64,000 nucleotides of DNA, taken from the NCBI RefSeq assembly GCF_016446395.1, contig NZ_CP051168.1:3749579-3813578 (forward strand). The letters are read 5' to 3'. The position numbers and the translations under genes were made by a program. Position 1 is the first letter of the stretch, and each line of letters begins with the position of its first letter. Under the pieces are notes generated by a model. It was not told where the DNA came from. It worked only from the letters and a program-made list of their open reading frames with translations, and made no database searches. Below are positions 21,129-31,046 of this stretch, one piece after another. The stretch comes from [Phormidium] sp. ETS-05 (lineage in GTDB: Bacteria > Cyanobacteriota > Cyanobacteriia > Cyanobacteriales > Laspinemataceae).

Positions 21129-21485
21129 CTATCCCAGAGTCTGGCTATAAGCGATCAGAGTTTGGAGGCGGGTTCGCACTTGGGAGAGCCGCTGGGCGAT
21201 CGTCCCTGGTTGCCGAGCCGCTTGCCAAAAATTCAGGTCAGCCGCGAGTAAACGCAACTGCTTATGGGTTTCCGTCTGGAAAGACTGGAACGACGCCATC
21301 AGCTCTGGCGGTAGATCCTCCGGGGATAGACTCAAGATTTGCTCGTGAAATAACTGCTGTAGGGCTTCGGCTTCTCCGAGGAGGACCGATCGGTTGGGCT
21401 CGGTTTCCCCGGCAACGCCTTGTAGTCGGATCAAGGCTTGGTGAAATTCTAGGTATTTCGGCTGGTGGGCGTCTGGGGGCAACAT
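21129..21485 (-). CDS. conserved cyanobacterial hypothetical protein (possibly PatD-like)
   Basis: 118 aa from ATG 21485 (MLPPDAHQPKYLEFHQALIRLQG...). The track start is TTG 21497. The PatD suggestion is a weak recollection, not verified. Confidence 0.45.
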   Translation of the reverse strand: MLPPDAHQPKYLEFHQALIRLQGVAGETEPNRSVLLGEAEALQQLFHEQILSLSPEDLPPELMASFQSFQTETHKQLRLLAADLNFWQAARQPGTIAQRLSQVRTRLQTLIAYSQTLG

Positions 21486-21760
21486 GGATGTCAACAAAAA
21501 TTATTGATATAATAGAGTGAGAGCAAACAAAAATATTCAGAAATCTTAAACAAACCTGTAAAACTTCGCTCGTTCGCGGAATCGCAGGTGAATATTAGTC
21601 TCAGCTATCCGGGGATATTCCAGACAAAGGATGTTTCCCAATGGTAAGCATCAGCTAAAATAGGCCAACTGTATCGCCATATACAATCAATGGCGTAAAC
21701 TTATCATTATCTCTAGCTCCTCCCACCCCTGTTTGTTGCGAACCTTTATGCCTTACTGAC

Positions 21761-24091
21761 ATGAACATAGCCGCCCCCTCCTGTGCCTTTGATATCGAAA
21801 TTCCCGATTGGCTGCAAACCTGCTTGCTGGCAGTGGAGAGCCCTGGTGCTGCCCAGCCACAAACTGGGTTTACTCCATCCACCGGGTATATGGATGAGGA
21901 ATCTGGACAGAGAAACTGGCACACGGATAATCAGTTAGTCTGTCGAGCGTTTGAATTTGCTTATCAGCTCCACGAAGGTCAGCGACGGGCATCAGGCGAG
22001 CCCTATATCTGCCATCCCGTGGCGGTTGCGGGGTTACTGCGCGAGCTTGGCGGTAGTAGTGCCACGATCGCGGCGGGCTTCCTCCATGACATTATCGAGG
22101 ATACCGACACCACCCCGGAACAGCTAGAAGAACTATTTGGCCCGGAAGTGCGCCACCTGGTCGAAGGTGTCACCAAGCTGTCTAAGTTCAATTTTTCCAG
22201 CAAAACTGAGCGCCAAGCGGAAAATTTCCGCCGGATGTTCCTGGCGATGGCTCAGGATATCCGGGTGATTGTGGTGAAGCTGGCCGATCGGCTGCATAAT
22301 ATGCGGACTCTGGAATGCCTCCCAGATTCCAAGCGACAGCGCATCGCTCAGGAAACCCGAGACATTTTCGCCCCCCTCGCTAATCGCTTGGGTATCGGTC
22401 GCTTCAAGTGGGAACTAGAAGATTTAGCCTTTAAATACCTAGAATCGGACGCCTACCGAGAAATGCAGACCTTGGTCTCGGAAAAGCGAGCCGATCGAGA
22501 AGCCCGTCTAGCAGATATGGGGCAAACCCTGCGCTACAGGTTGCAGCAAATGGGGGTCAACTGCATCGATATTAGCTGGCGCCCCAAGCACCTCTACGGT
22601 ATCTACCAAAAGATGCAGCGCCAACAAAAGCAGTTTCACGAAATCTACGACCTAGCGGCGATTCGCATTCTCGTGGAAACCAATGAGGAATGCTACCGCA
22701 CCCTGGCGGTGGTTCACGATGCTTTCCGCCCCATTCCGGGCAGGTTTAAGGACTACATCGGACTGCCAAAACCGAACCGCTACCAGTCCTTACACACCGG
22801 TGTCATCGGCAATACTGGGCGTCCCATAGAAGTGCAAATCCGCACCTTGGAAATGCACCATGTAGCCGAATACGGCATTGCCGCACACTGGAAATACAAG
22901 GAAACTGGCTCTAGTCATGGACCGCTCAGTGGTGCGGATGAAAAGTTTACCTGGTTGCGGCAACTGCTGGAATGGCAGAGCGATTTAAAAGATGCCCAAG
23001 AATATTTGGACAATATTAAGGACAATTTATTTGATGAGGATGTGTATGTGTTCACGCCCCAGGGGGATGTAGTGGCCCTGAAGGCGGGGGCAACGCCGGT
23101 AGATTTTGCTTACCGCATCCACACGGAGGTAGGCAACCACTGTGCTGGTGGCAGGGTAAACGATCGGATAGTGCCTTTGGACACGCGGCTGAAAAATGGC
23201 GATATCGTCGAAATTATTACCCAGAAAAACAGCCATCCTAGTTTAGATTGGTTGAATTTTGCCGTAACAACGGGAGCCAGAACCCGGATTCGCCAATGGT
23301 ATAAGCGTTCTCACCGCGATGAGAATGTCCAGCGGGGTCGGGATTTACTGGAGAAGGAATTGGGTAAAAGCAATTTTGAATCCCTGCTCAAGTCGGAACC
23401 GATGCAGTTGGTGGCTTCCCGATGTAATTACCACACCGTGGAGGATTTGCTCGCGGGTTTGGGTTATGGAGAAGTTACCCTCAATCATGTGGTTAACCGG
23501 CTGCGCGATTTTGTGAAAGCGCAGCAACCGGTGGTAGAAGAAGAAACCCTCCCGCCGCCGCAGGCGATGTTGACGCGGCAGCTGCGCGAGGGCCACAATA
23601 TGACCAATGGTCGATCGGCTACTGGGGGCAAGTCTCCGATCGCTGGGGTGGAAGGGTTGCTCTATCACTTGGCTGGTTGTTGTACTCCTTTACCAGGAGA
23701 ATCAATTATCGGTGTGGTGACAATGGGCTCCCGGGGCATTTCCATTCACCGCCAAGGTTGCGCCAATCTTGATAGTATCCCTGGGGAGCGTCTGGTGCCC
23801 GTGAGTTGGAATCCCACGGACGATCGCGGTGGGCGTCCCATCACTTACCCGATCGAGATTTCCATTGAGGTGATCGATCGTCTCGGTGTACTTAACGATA
23901 TTCTCTCCCGCCTCAAAGACCATAATGTGAATGTGCGCAGTGCCCAAGTGCGCACCTATCCGGGGAAACCGGCGGCCATTGATTTAGGAATTGACGTGCG
24001 CGATCGACACCAGCTCGAGCGTCTCTTCTCCCAGATTAAACAAATGACCGACGTTTTAAACCTCCGTCGTCTCAGCACCGAAGTCGAGTAA
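21761..24091 (+). CDS. spoT: bifunctional (p)ppGpp synthetase/hydrolase RelA/SpoT
   Basis: HD hydrolase domain (YICHPVAVAGLL...FLHDIIEDTD), RelA/SpoT synthetase domain, TGS and ACT regions; 776 aa. N-terminus PDWLQTCL is typical of cyanobacterial SpoT. Confidence 0.9.
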   Translation: MNIAAPSCAFDIEIPDWLQTCLLAVESPGAAQPQTGFTPSTGYMDEESGQRNWHTDNQLVCRAFEFAYQLHEGQRRASGEPYICHPVAVAGLLRELGGSSATIAAGFLHDIIEDTDTTPEQLEELFGPEVRHLVEGVTKLSKFNFSSKTERQAENFRRMFLAMAQDIRVIVVKLADRLHNMRTLECLPDSKRQRIAQETRDIFAPLANRLGIGRFKWELEDLAFKYLESDAYREMQTLVSEKRADREARLADMGQTLRYRLQQMGVNCIDISWRPKHLYGIYQKMQRQQKQFHEIYDLAAIRILVETNEECYRTLAVVHDAFRPIPGRFKDYIGLPKPNRYQSLHTGVIGNTGRPIEVQIRTLEMHHVAEYGIAAHWKYKETGSSHGPLSGADEKFTWLRQLLEWQSDLKDAQEYLDNIKDNLFDEDVYVFTPQGDVVALKAGATPVDFAYRIHTEVGNHCAGGRVNDRIVPLDTRLKNGDIVEIITQKNSHPSLDWLNFAVTTGARTRIRQWYKRSHRDENVQRGRDLLEKELGKSNFESLLKSEPMQLVASRCNYHTVEDLLAGLGYGEVTLNHVVNRLRDFVKAQQPVVEEETLPPPQAMLTRQLREGHNMTNGRSATGGKSPIAGVEGLLYHLAGCCTPLPGESIIGVVTMGSRGISIHRQGCANLDSIPGERLVPVSWNPTDDRGGRPITYPIEISIEVIDRLGVLNDILSRLKDHNVNVRSAQVRTYPGKPAAIDLGIDVRDRHQLERLFSQIKQMTDVLNLRRLSTEVE

Positions 24092-24092
24092 A

Positions 24093-24300
24093 TCATTGGT
24101 CATTTGTCATTTGTCCTTTGTCATTTGTCCTTTGTCCTTTGTCCTTTGTCATTTGTCCTTTGTCCTTTGTCATCATTAGACAAGGGACAAGTGACAAGTG
24201 ACAAGTGACAAGCGGACTTGCGGACAAGTGACAAGGGACAAGTGAAAAATGACAACGGACAAGTGACAAGGGACAAGTGACAAGGGACAAGTGAAAAATG
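24093..24300. repeat. long STRR heptamer array in both orientations
   Basis: cattggtcatttgtcatttgtcctttgtcatttgtcctttgtcc...gacaagggacaagtgacaagtgacaag... Confidence 0.8.
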
Positions 24301-24308
24301 ACCAATAT

Positions 24309-24709
24309 CTACTGCACCCAAAGCTTAACTCGCTCTAATAAACTATCCAAACCCGCATCTTTTGCCCAAAAATCATCTGCCTCTGGGCACATTTGCACCG
24401 CCTTTTTAACATCATTTTTACTAATAAATCCCGAAATCAGCATCATTATTGGAGGCTGATCCACCGTTGATTTAATATACTGAACCAGCTCCCGGCCATT
24501 AGTAAATTTTTCCAGCTTATCAAAAGGCGTGATGGCAAAATCCACTATAACTAACTTGTAGTTATGAATGTTGTTTATCAATGTTTCGCTCTCACCAAAA
24601 TCATCTACCTCAAATTCACTCCTGAAAACCTGAAAAACCGCTTCACTGCCAAACACCAGAATCTATCATCATCTAAAATCGCAATTTTTGGTCTATCCAT
24701 TTTTTTTCT
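24309..24709 (-). pseudogene. CheY-like response regulator receiver, frameshifted at a T5 run near 24640
   Basis: ATG 24709 with GAGGAGA RBS gives MDRPKIAILDDDRFWCLAVKRFF... (beta1/alpha1), then a stop. The -1 frame continues with ...FEVDDFGESETLINNIHNYKLVIVDFAITP...PPIMMLISGF (beta2-beta4). One extra T in cggtttttcagg would join them. Confidence 0.6.
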
Positions 24710-24745
24710 CTCCTCAATCTATTGGTTGATTAATTTTTTTTATTT

Positions 24746-25162
24746 TTAGTTTAGATGTTTTTCCACTTGGCTTTCAATCGCCCCTAACAATGCCTCATAG
24801 TCAGATATAGGCTTTGGCCAAAAATCATCAGCTAGGGAAATCTCCATTAGTTTCTGTCTTTCGCTCACCATCGCATAAGCGCTGATTAAAATAATCGGCA
24901 TATCAGCCATATCTGGGTGATTTTTAATAATTTTAGACAAGTCAGCTCCCGATACTTCTTTGCCATCCCAAACCGCCTCTGGCAAATTCACATCCATTAA
25001 CACAATATCCACAGCTCTCGATTGACATTGCTGGAAAATTTCATCAGGTTTATCCGTAATAGCCACCTGGTGCCCCCCCAAACGTTCAATTAACTTGGCA
25101 GTTCCTTTCGCCAGCAAATAATCATCATCCACCAGTAAAATTTTCAACCGGTTTTTAGACAT
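24746..25162 (-). CDS. response regulator (single receiver domain, CheY-like)
   Basis: KILLVDDDYLLAKGTAKLIERLG...VDIVLMDVNLP...MPIILISAY; 138 aa. Confidence 0.85.
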   Translation of the reverse strand: MSKNRLKILLVDDDYLLAKGTAKLIERLGGHQVAITDKPDEIFQQCQSRAVDIVLMDVNLPEAVWDGKEVSGADLSKIIKNHPDMADMPIILISAYAMVSERQKLMEISLADDFWPKPISDYEALLGAIESQVEKHLN

Positions 25163-25179
25163 AACTTTTACCTTTCCTC

Positions 25180-25320
25180 AAACTATAGTTTTGTCATTTG
25201 TCATTTGTCACTTGTCACTTGTCACTTGTCCTTTGTCACTTGTCCGCTTGTCCCTTGTCCCTTGTCCCTTGTCCCTTGTCATCAATTATCAATTGTCAAT
25301 TGTCAATTATCAAAAGGCAG
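25180..25320. repeat. STRR arrays (TTGTCMT then GAYAATT) between the kinase and receiver genes
   Basis: ttgtcatttgtcatttgtcacttgtcacttgtcacttgtcc...cccttgtcccttgtcccttgtcatcaattatcaattgtcaattgtcaattatc. Confidence 0.8.
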
Positions 25321-27441
25321 TTGTAGTCTCACATTAGTTCCCCTTCCCAACCCCTCACTTTCTAGAAATATGCGTCCTCCCATTAGTTCCACTAAACGCT
25401 TGCAAATGGCTAACCCCAAACCTGTGCCGCCGTAACGGCGTTTGATAGAACCATCCGCCTGCACGAAGGGTTCAAATAAAAGCTCCCGCTGGTTGGGGTC
25501 GATTCCGATACCAGTGTCGGTAACGGCAATCTCCACCCATTCGCCGCTGTCGCTCATCGCTGCTGCCTTTTTTGCGGTGATGCGAATCTCCCCGATCGGA
25601 GTGAATTTCAAGGCATTGGAAAGCAGGTTGGTTAAAATCTGTTTCAGCTTCCCTTGGTCGGCATAAACTTGCTCTACTTCACATTCTAGAATCAGGGGGA
25701 TGCCTTTATGCCTGCTTTCAACATGAAACATCCGAATTTGCTCGGACAGCAAGGGTCGCAAGTCCACCTGGTTCATCTGGACGCTCATGCGACCGGCTTC
25801 GATTTTGGCGATATCGAGAACATCGTTGATAATCGCTACCAAGTTTTCCGCTGATTGATAGGCAACTCCGATATATTCTTTTAGCTCTTCCTCGTTGTCG
25901 TAAAAGCCTTCTTTGAGTAATTTTAGGTAATTGAGGGTGGAAGCTAGGGGGGTACGCAGTTCATGGCTGGTAGAGGACAAAAAATCCGACTTCATGCGGT
26001 TGGCTTCTTCAGCAATATTGCGGGCGGTATCCAGTTCCCGGTTACGCATTTCCACGAGCAAACGGTTTTCCCTTTCCCACTGGTAGAGGCGGTTTTGCAT
26101 CAGAGCCATGCCTAGGTGAGAGCCTACAGCTTGCACCAATTCAATTTCTGCTGGGTGCCATTGGGGTGATTGGCGGAGTTTCAGCTCCCGCCATGCCTCA
26201 AAGCTCTGGCGCACCCGCCGGTTACGATCGTCCGGGTCCAAGCGACCTGCCCAAAGGATTTCAGTATCAATTTCATCTCGAAACAGGGTGAGGCAGCCTA
26301 AAGCTTGTTTGCCGTACCACAGCGGCATTACCAAAATGCTGCGGATGCGGGTGTTGCGGAAGGTGGGGGCAACGGCTGTCAGGAAGGGTTCTTGGTACAG
26401 GTCCGGCACAATATGACAGTTGAGATTAGACAATTGTGCTGACACGGACAATTGCTCGGTGCGGAGGGACTGCCAATCCTCATCATGGGGCCCAACAGGA
26501 TTGGTGTTTGGGGAGAGGTTCGGCTGGCGCATCAATTGCTGCCAGAAGGTTTCGGCTTCCAGGAGCAACGCTTCCCCAGTGGCTGATTTTTGGGGTTGTG
26601 TCCCCCAGAGAAATAGTTGTGGTTGGTCCCCGTAAGTATAAATCTGAGTGGCGGTGGTGGGGTCGGTGGAGTGGATATAGAGCCTCCCCCCAGAGCAACC
26701 GCTAGCTTTGACCAATGTTTTCAGGACATTTTCCAGGATTTGTCCTACTTGTTGCGGGGTATGCAGCAGGGTGGATATCTGATTAATTAATGTCTCCTGG
26801 CGGGTTTTGGCTCTGGCTTCGCTGAGGAGGTGGGACTGGTCTAGCGCTACCGATACTTGGTCCGCGAGCAACTGCACCATCAGCAAATCTTCATCGGTAA
26901 ATGTTTTGGGGGTGGCATGGTGCCCAGCCAACAAACCCCATAGTTTCTCTCCGTGGAATATGGGCACTACCAGAGATGATTGCACTCCCATATTGGTGAG
27001 GTATTCCACATGGCAAGGATCTACCGGTCGCTGCAAAATATCTTCAATTTTTGTTTGTTGCACCTCCTCCACCGTCAAGTCCCCAGTAGTGGCCACATTT
27101 CCCTGGTTATTCAAGGTAATTTGTTGTGCGGGAACGCTCACAATAACGCGAGTTTTGGCCTTGATAAACATCTCGCGGGAGTGGGGCGGAATGTCACTGG
27201 CGGGAAAGTGCAGACCCAGCAGAGAAGGTAGGCGCTGTCCGTCGATTGATTCGGCTATTACCTCCCCGGAGCCGTCGGGTTCAAACCGATATACTTTCAC
27301 TCGGTCTGTTTCCAGGAACGATCGCAGCTCCGCCGCTGTGGTCGTCAAAATCGTTTCCAGTTCCAGGGATTGGCGGATGCGATTTGTCATCCTATATAAT
27401 AAGGCTTCTTTTGTCAGTCCTTTTCTTGACTTATTCGGCAT
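25303..27441 (-). CDS. sensor histidine kinase with tandem GAF domains
   Basis: Two GAF-like segments, then HisKA (SDFLSSTSHELRTPL) and HATPase_c (ITAKK...VTDTGIGI...GGTGLGLAICKRLVELMGG); 712 aa. No receiver domain. Confidence 0.85.
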   Translation of the reverse strand: MPNKSRKGLTKEALLYRMTNRIRQSLELETILTTTAAELRSFLETDRVKVYRFEPDGSGEVIAESIDGQRLPSLLGLHFPASDIPPHSREMFIKAKTRVIVSVPAQQITLNNQGNVATTGDLTVEEVQQTKIEDILQRPVDPCHVEYLTNMGVQSSLVVPIFHGEKLWGLLAGHHATPKTFTDEDLLMVQLLADQVSVALDQSHLLSEARAKTRQETLINQISTLLHTPQQVGQILENVLKTLVKASGCSGGRLYIHSTDPTTATQIYTYGDQPQLFLWGTQPQKSATGEALLLEAETFWQQLMRQPNLSPNTNPVGPHDEDWQSLRTEQLSVSAQLSNLNCHIVPDLYQEPFLTAVAPTFRNTRIRSILVMPLWYGKQALGCLTLFRDEIDTEILWAGRLDPDDRNRRVRQSFEAWRELKLRQSPQWHPAEIELVQAVGSHLGMALMQNRLYQWERENRLLVEMRNRELDTARNIAEEANRMKSDFLSSTSHELRTPLASTLNYLKLLKEGFYDNEEELKEYIGVAYQSAENLVAIINDVLDIAKIEAGRMSVQMNQVDLRPLLSEQIRMFHVESRHKGIPLILECEVEQVYADQGKLKQILTNLLSNALKFTPIGEIRITAKKAAAMSDSGEWVEIAVTDTGIGIDPNQRELLFEPFVQADGSIKRRYGGTGLGLAICKRLVELMGGRIFLESEGLGRGTNVRLQLPFDN

Positions 27442-27469
27442 TTTTTTAAATTTTAGCTTTAAACTTTTA

Positions 27470-27740
27470 ATATTGTCATTTGTCCTTGGTCATTTGTCAT
27501 TTGTCCTTGGTCATTTGTCATTTGTCCTTTGTCCTTTGGTTAGTTCTGTAGGGTGGGCTGTAGTGGCGAATGGTTATTCGCCCGGGCGAATGGCCATTCG
27601 CCCCTACAGAACACTGGTGATCAAAAGAATTACCCGTCAGGCACTGCCCACCCTACTATTGCTCGCTTTTAATTATTATCCTTGGTCATTTGTCATTTGT
27701 CATTTGTCATTTGTCCTTTGTCCTTTGTCCTTTGGTTAGT
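27470..27740. repeat. STRR arrays flanking a long palindromic repeat (GTAGGGTGGGC... family)
   Basis: ttgtcatttgtccttggtcatttgtc... tagttctgtagggtgggctgtagtggcgaatggttattcgcccgggcgaatggccattcgcccctacagaacactggtgatc...gtcaggcactgcccaccctac ... ttggtcatttgtcatttgtcatttgtcc. Confidence 0.75.
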
Positions 27741-27821
27741 CATACAATAATGATTTATCTGATTTTTATATAAATAAAAACTGTCAGATACAAATCACAA
27801 ATGACCAAGGACCAGGGACAA

Positions 27822-28394
27822 TTAAGGATTGATAGCGATTTCTGACCAGGTGCCATCTTGCTGGTACTGGTAAAACCACCGGGATTGAGGTTCGGGGCGC
27901 AATTCCAGCCAATCTACTGTCACCGGTTCCAGCAGCAGCAAGCAAAACTGGGGCAGGGGTTCCGTTCCTGGCTCGATACTGGTGGCAAAGAAGGCAGCTT
28001 CTGATTTAGGTTGACCAGGAGGCGGCCAAGCAAATTGGCTGCGGGCCGCGTCGGAGAGATTTAACCAAGCCTGCTGGCGTGCTGCTGCTAAAAGCTCGGT
28101 GCTGTTTTCTGGGACTAAAATCAGCTTACCGCTGATGCGAAACTGCTCCCGAGTTTTGGGGAAATACCAACAGATCTCGCACCAAGGGGAATGCTGGATT
28201 TGTGCGATTTTTTCCGATCGCCCATCAGCAACGATTTGCAACTGGTCCGTAGCGTCCCGGAAACCCCGAAACACCACCGTGCGGTTAGCGGGCCGACCGT
28301 CGGATCTGACTGTGGCCAATTGGAGGTAGCGTGCTTGGGGTAGGCTACGATTGCGGTGCAGGGCTCTTGCGAGGGGCGATCGCCAAGGTGTCAT
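27822..28394 (-). CDS. pyridoxamine 5'-phosphate oxidase-like FMN-binding protein
   Basis: MTPWRSPLARALHRNRSLPQARYLQLATVRSDGRPANRTVVFRGF fits the PNPOx-like split-barrel family. Start reset to ATG 28394; the track TTG at 28421 lies in repeat sequence. Confidence 0.65.
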   Translation of the reverse strand: MTPWRSPLARALHRNRSLPQARYLQLATVRSDGRPANRTVVFRGFRDATDQLQIVADGRSEKIAQIQHSPWCEICWYFPKTREQFRISGKLILVPENSTELLAAARQQAWLNLSDAARSQFAWPPPGQPKSEAAFFATSIEPGTEPLPQFCLLLLEPVTVDWLELRPEPQSRWFYQYQQDGTWSEIAINP

Positions 28395-28505
28395 TTGTTG
28401 AAAATATACAATAGGGGACAATTGATAATTGATAATTGATAATTGTCAATTATCAATTGTCAATTGTCAATTGTCCATTATCCCCAGTCCCCCTTCGGTT
28501 AAGGA

Positions 28506-29123
28506 TCAGGTATCGTACATCCGAGCCTCGACGGCATCGGGGTTTTCCTCGCAGTATTCCTCAAAAGCAGATTTTTCCGGCTTCTTCGCCTGCTGGTGAG
28601 CCGCCTCTGCTTGCAGCTCTTCCACCGCATCCCACGCCGCCGCACATTCTTTAGATGCCGGTCCTTTGGCCGCGCAGATTGCACGAGCGTCTTCGATCGC
28701 CTTTTGAATTAGCTGCTCTAGGAGCAATGCCTTGGGTTTCTCAACAAAATCACCCTTTGCCAGAATATCCGTCACCGAGATCACTCCCAGCAATCCCCCT
28801 TTAATCACCGGGGCCCGCCGGATACCCGTATTCGCGAACAACCGCGCCACATATTCCACACCCAAGTCGGGATTGACGACGATGCAAGGTTTAGTCATAA
28901 TCTCATACACTCGCACCTTTTTCGGGTCGGTCCCGTAAGCAGTCACCTTATAGACGATATCCGTTTCCGTGACAATACCGTAGGAATCTTGGTCATGGCG
29001 GCGCTCCACAATCAAGGCCCGCAAACCCTTCTCTTTCATCACCTTGACCGCTTCCGCCACCGTCGCCGAGCCGCGAATCGCCACCACATCCGTTGTCATT
29101 ATATCAGATGCTTTCATCATCAT
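28506..29123 (-). CDS. CBS-pair domain protein fused to a C-terminal CP12 domain
   Basis: Two CBS motifs (IMTTDVVAI...; IMTKPCIVVNPD...GVISVTDIL) and a C-terminal CP12 signature AWDAVEELQAEAAH...YCEENPDAVEARMYD. SD GAGGA lies 9 nt before the ATG. Confidence 0.8.
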   Translation of the reverse strand: MMMKASDIMTTDVVAIRGSATVAEAVKVMKEKGLRALIVERRHDQDSYGIVTETDIVYKVTAYGTDPKKVRVYEIMTKPCIVVNPDLGVEYVARLFANTGIRRAPVIKGGLLGVISVTDILAKGDFVEKPKALLLEQLIQKAIEDARAICAAKGPASKECAAAWDAVEELQAEAAHQQAKKPEKSAFEEYCEENPDAVEARMYDT

Positions 29124-29317
29124 AAGTGCCTATCCTCAAATTGTAGGTTTTTCTTTCTTTATCAACAGTCGTCTCTTTATCACATTACCACCAGACGCAC
29201 CTCCAAGTTGCACCCATTACTGAAAATTTTTTTCTTATATCTATCTCTAATTTGTTTAATAAAACTTCACATATACCTATCACTACCCGCTCAACCTATC
29301 CCACATATTACGTTATT

Positions 29318-30517
29318 TTAAAAATTTCTCATCTGCGGGGGATTATCGGGCAGCGGGGCCATGAGCTGACGCTCTACCATTTGCTGTATTACCACATCCG
29401 GGCGCTCTTTGTCAATAGCTGGTAAATCAAACTCATATTCAGATAAAAAAACTATACGTTGGAAGTTTTCGGCAATCAAAGGAGCCAAATTCAGCGCAAA
29501 TGAATCGTGGAACATCACTGCCCGAGGCAATCTTCTATCCCCAGTGGCGATCGCGAATGGCTGCTTATCCTCTGGCAAATCGGGTCTAGCAATTTCTGGA
29601 TCCGCCGCTCGTGCCACAGATGGTATCCGAGGCGAAAACCTCCGCACCTCTTCGCGCAGCACATCCTTTAATCCTAGCATATTCGCCAAATCCCCACCCT
29701 CCCGGTAAACGATTTCCTGCGCAAAATCCGCCACAGTTAATGGCTTTAATTGGGGAAACCACACCCCCAGATACCGGATAATTTCCTGGTATGCTGTAAA
29801 AACACCCGGTTTGTTCCAATGAGAATCAGTCCGGTGATAAATCCGATAATTATTTTTGGCAGACCGCAAAACATCCCTCACATCAATAATTGCTGATGTT
29901 TCCGCCAGAGGCGGCAGCGAATTTACAGAAAACTTAGAATTAAGCTGTAAATGCTCCATGAGCTGGTCTAAGCGGGATTTTTTCCCCACCGGTTGCAGCC
30001 ATTCCGGCAAGTATTCAGGATATATCGATTGCTTCTCTGGCACAAAAACCACCAAATACCTAATCCCCCGCGCCTGTAACCAATCTCTCCTTTCCTCTAA
30101 AACTTGCTGCCAGTGATTTAACTCAGTTTCCGTAAACGGTGTAGTACCACGGTAAGATTCTAAAGCATAGGGATGCCCATAAAACAGCCACCCATCTTTA
30201 CCGATGATAACTTGCTCCGATGGCGATTGTTGCAAAACCTGAAATAGGAAGCGGTTGTGCCAGTATATTAATTCTTGTCTGCCCCCAAAATTATCTTTAT
30301 AGTATTCCTCAAACACCCGGGGAAACTTTTCTATAGATTTTCGATTAAACTCTAAATTAGGCAGGGATGCTAGTTGGCGCTTTTCCCAGGTGCTAGTCTG
30401 GGTAGTGGGACGGAATGACTGCCATAGGGAAACCATCATCGGCGTCCAAATAGCGGCGAAAAATAAGGTGACAATAATTAAATTACTCAGGTAATGAATT
30501 CCAGATTTTTGGCGCAT
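29318..30517 (-). CDS. AlgJ/AlgX-like DHHW-family protein (partner of MBOAT O-acetyltransferase)
   Basis: N-terminal TM helix, then IYHRTDSHWN (DHHW-type motif). Size and architecture match AlgJ/AlgX SGNH-like polysaccharide O-acetylation proteins. Confidence 0.65.
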   Translation of the reverse strand: MRQKSGIHYLSNLIIVTLFFAAIWTPMMVSLWQSFRPTTQTSTWEKRQLASLPNLEFNRKSIEKFPRVFEEYYKDNFGGRQELIYWHNRFLFQVLQQSPSEQVIIGKDGWLFYGHPYALESYRGTTPFTETELNHWQQVLEERRDWLQARGIRYLVVFVPEKQSIYPEYLPEWLQPVGKKSRLDQLMEHLQLNSKFSVNSLPPLAETSAIIDVRDVLRSAKNNYRIYHRTDSHWNKPGVFTAYQEIIRYLGVWFPQLKPLTVADFAQEIVYREGGDLANMLGLKDVLREEVRRFSPRIPSVARAADPEIARPDLPEDKQPFAIATGDRRLPRAVMFHDSFALNLAPLIAENFQRIVFLSEYEFDLPAIDKERPDVVIQQMVERQLMAPLPDNPPQMRNF

Positions 30518-30589
30518 ATTTGATTTATAGTCATTTCAAATTCAATGATGAGACAAGCCAGAGAGTTGCCCTCTATCCCCCAACCCCTT

Positions 30590-30790
30590 TCTCCCAGGTA
30601 GGGAGAAAGGGGAGCAGGAGTTGTCCGCTATCCCTTTCTTCTCCCCTCTCCCCCCTCCTCCCCCCTCTCCCTCCGCCCGGTGTGGGGACGGGGGTGAGGG
30701 CTTTAGGGGTTGGGGGTGAGGGCTTTAGGGGACAGGGGTGAGGGCTTTAGCTCCCCTCTCCCAGGGAGGAAGATGGGGCGGGGGTGAGGG
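30590..30790. repeat. GC-rich repeat element cluster
   Basis: cccaacccctttctcccaggtagggagaaaggggagc...ggggtgagggctttaggggttgggggtgagggctttagggg... with repeated gggtgagggctttag units. Confidence 0.7.
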
Positions 30791-31046
30791 CTTTAGCAGG
30801 GTTTAACCAAAAGACAATTCTCATTCTTAATTGAAATGACTATAATTTATTTTTTGGCTAAAGCCCAAAACCACTTAATTTCCAATCTAGTTGGCGCCTT
30901 GGTAGATTTGATGCCGAGGCTAGGCAGTTGCCCAGTGCAGTGATATAATTATACCAGATAAGGGGGACAGGTCTAAATTTACCCTCGATTAAGGGGTGTC
31001 CCCCGTTACTAAACTTAACACATTCCAGCTTAGTCAGGAGAAAAAC

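Noticed and set aside
20777-21520. 247-aa plus-strand ORF and overlapping 20790..21068 / 20833..21048 ORFs
   Set aside because: They are translations of STRR and GC-rich repeats (PSRSPPVPPSRSPP..., low complexity). A genuine minus-strand gene (21129..21485) occupies the unique part.
26807-27739. 310-aa plus-strand ORF antisense to the GAF histidine kinase
   Set aside because: It lies entirely within the kinase CDS and runs into STRR; no domain signal.
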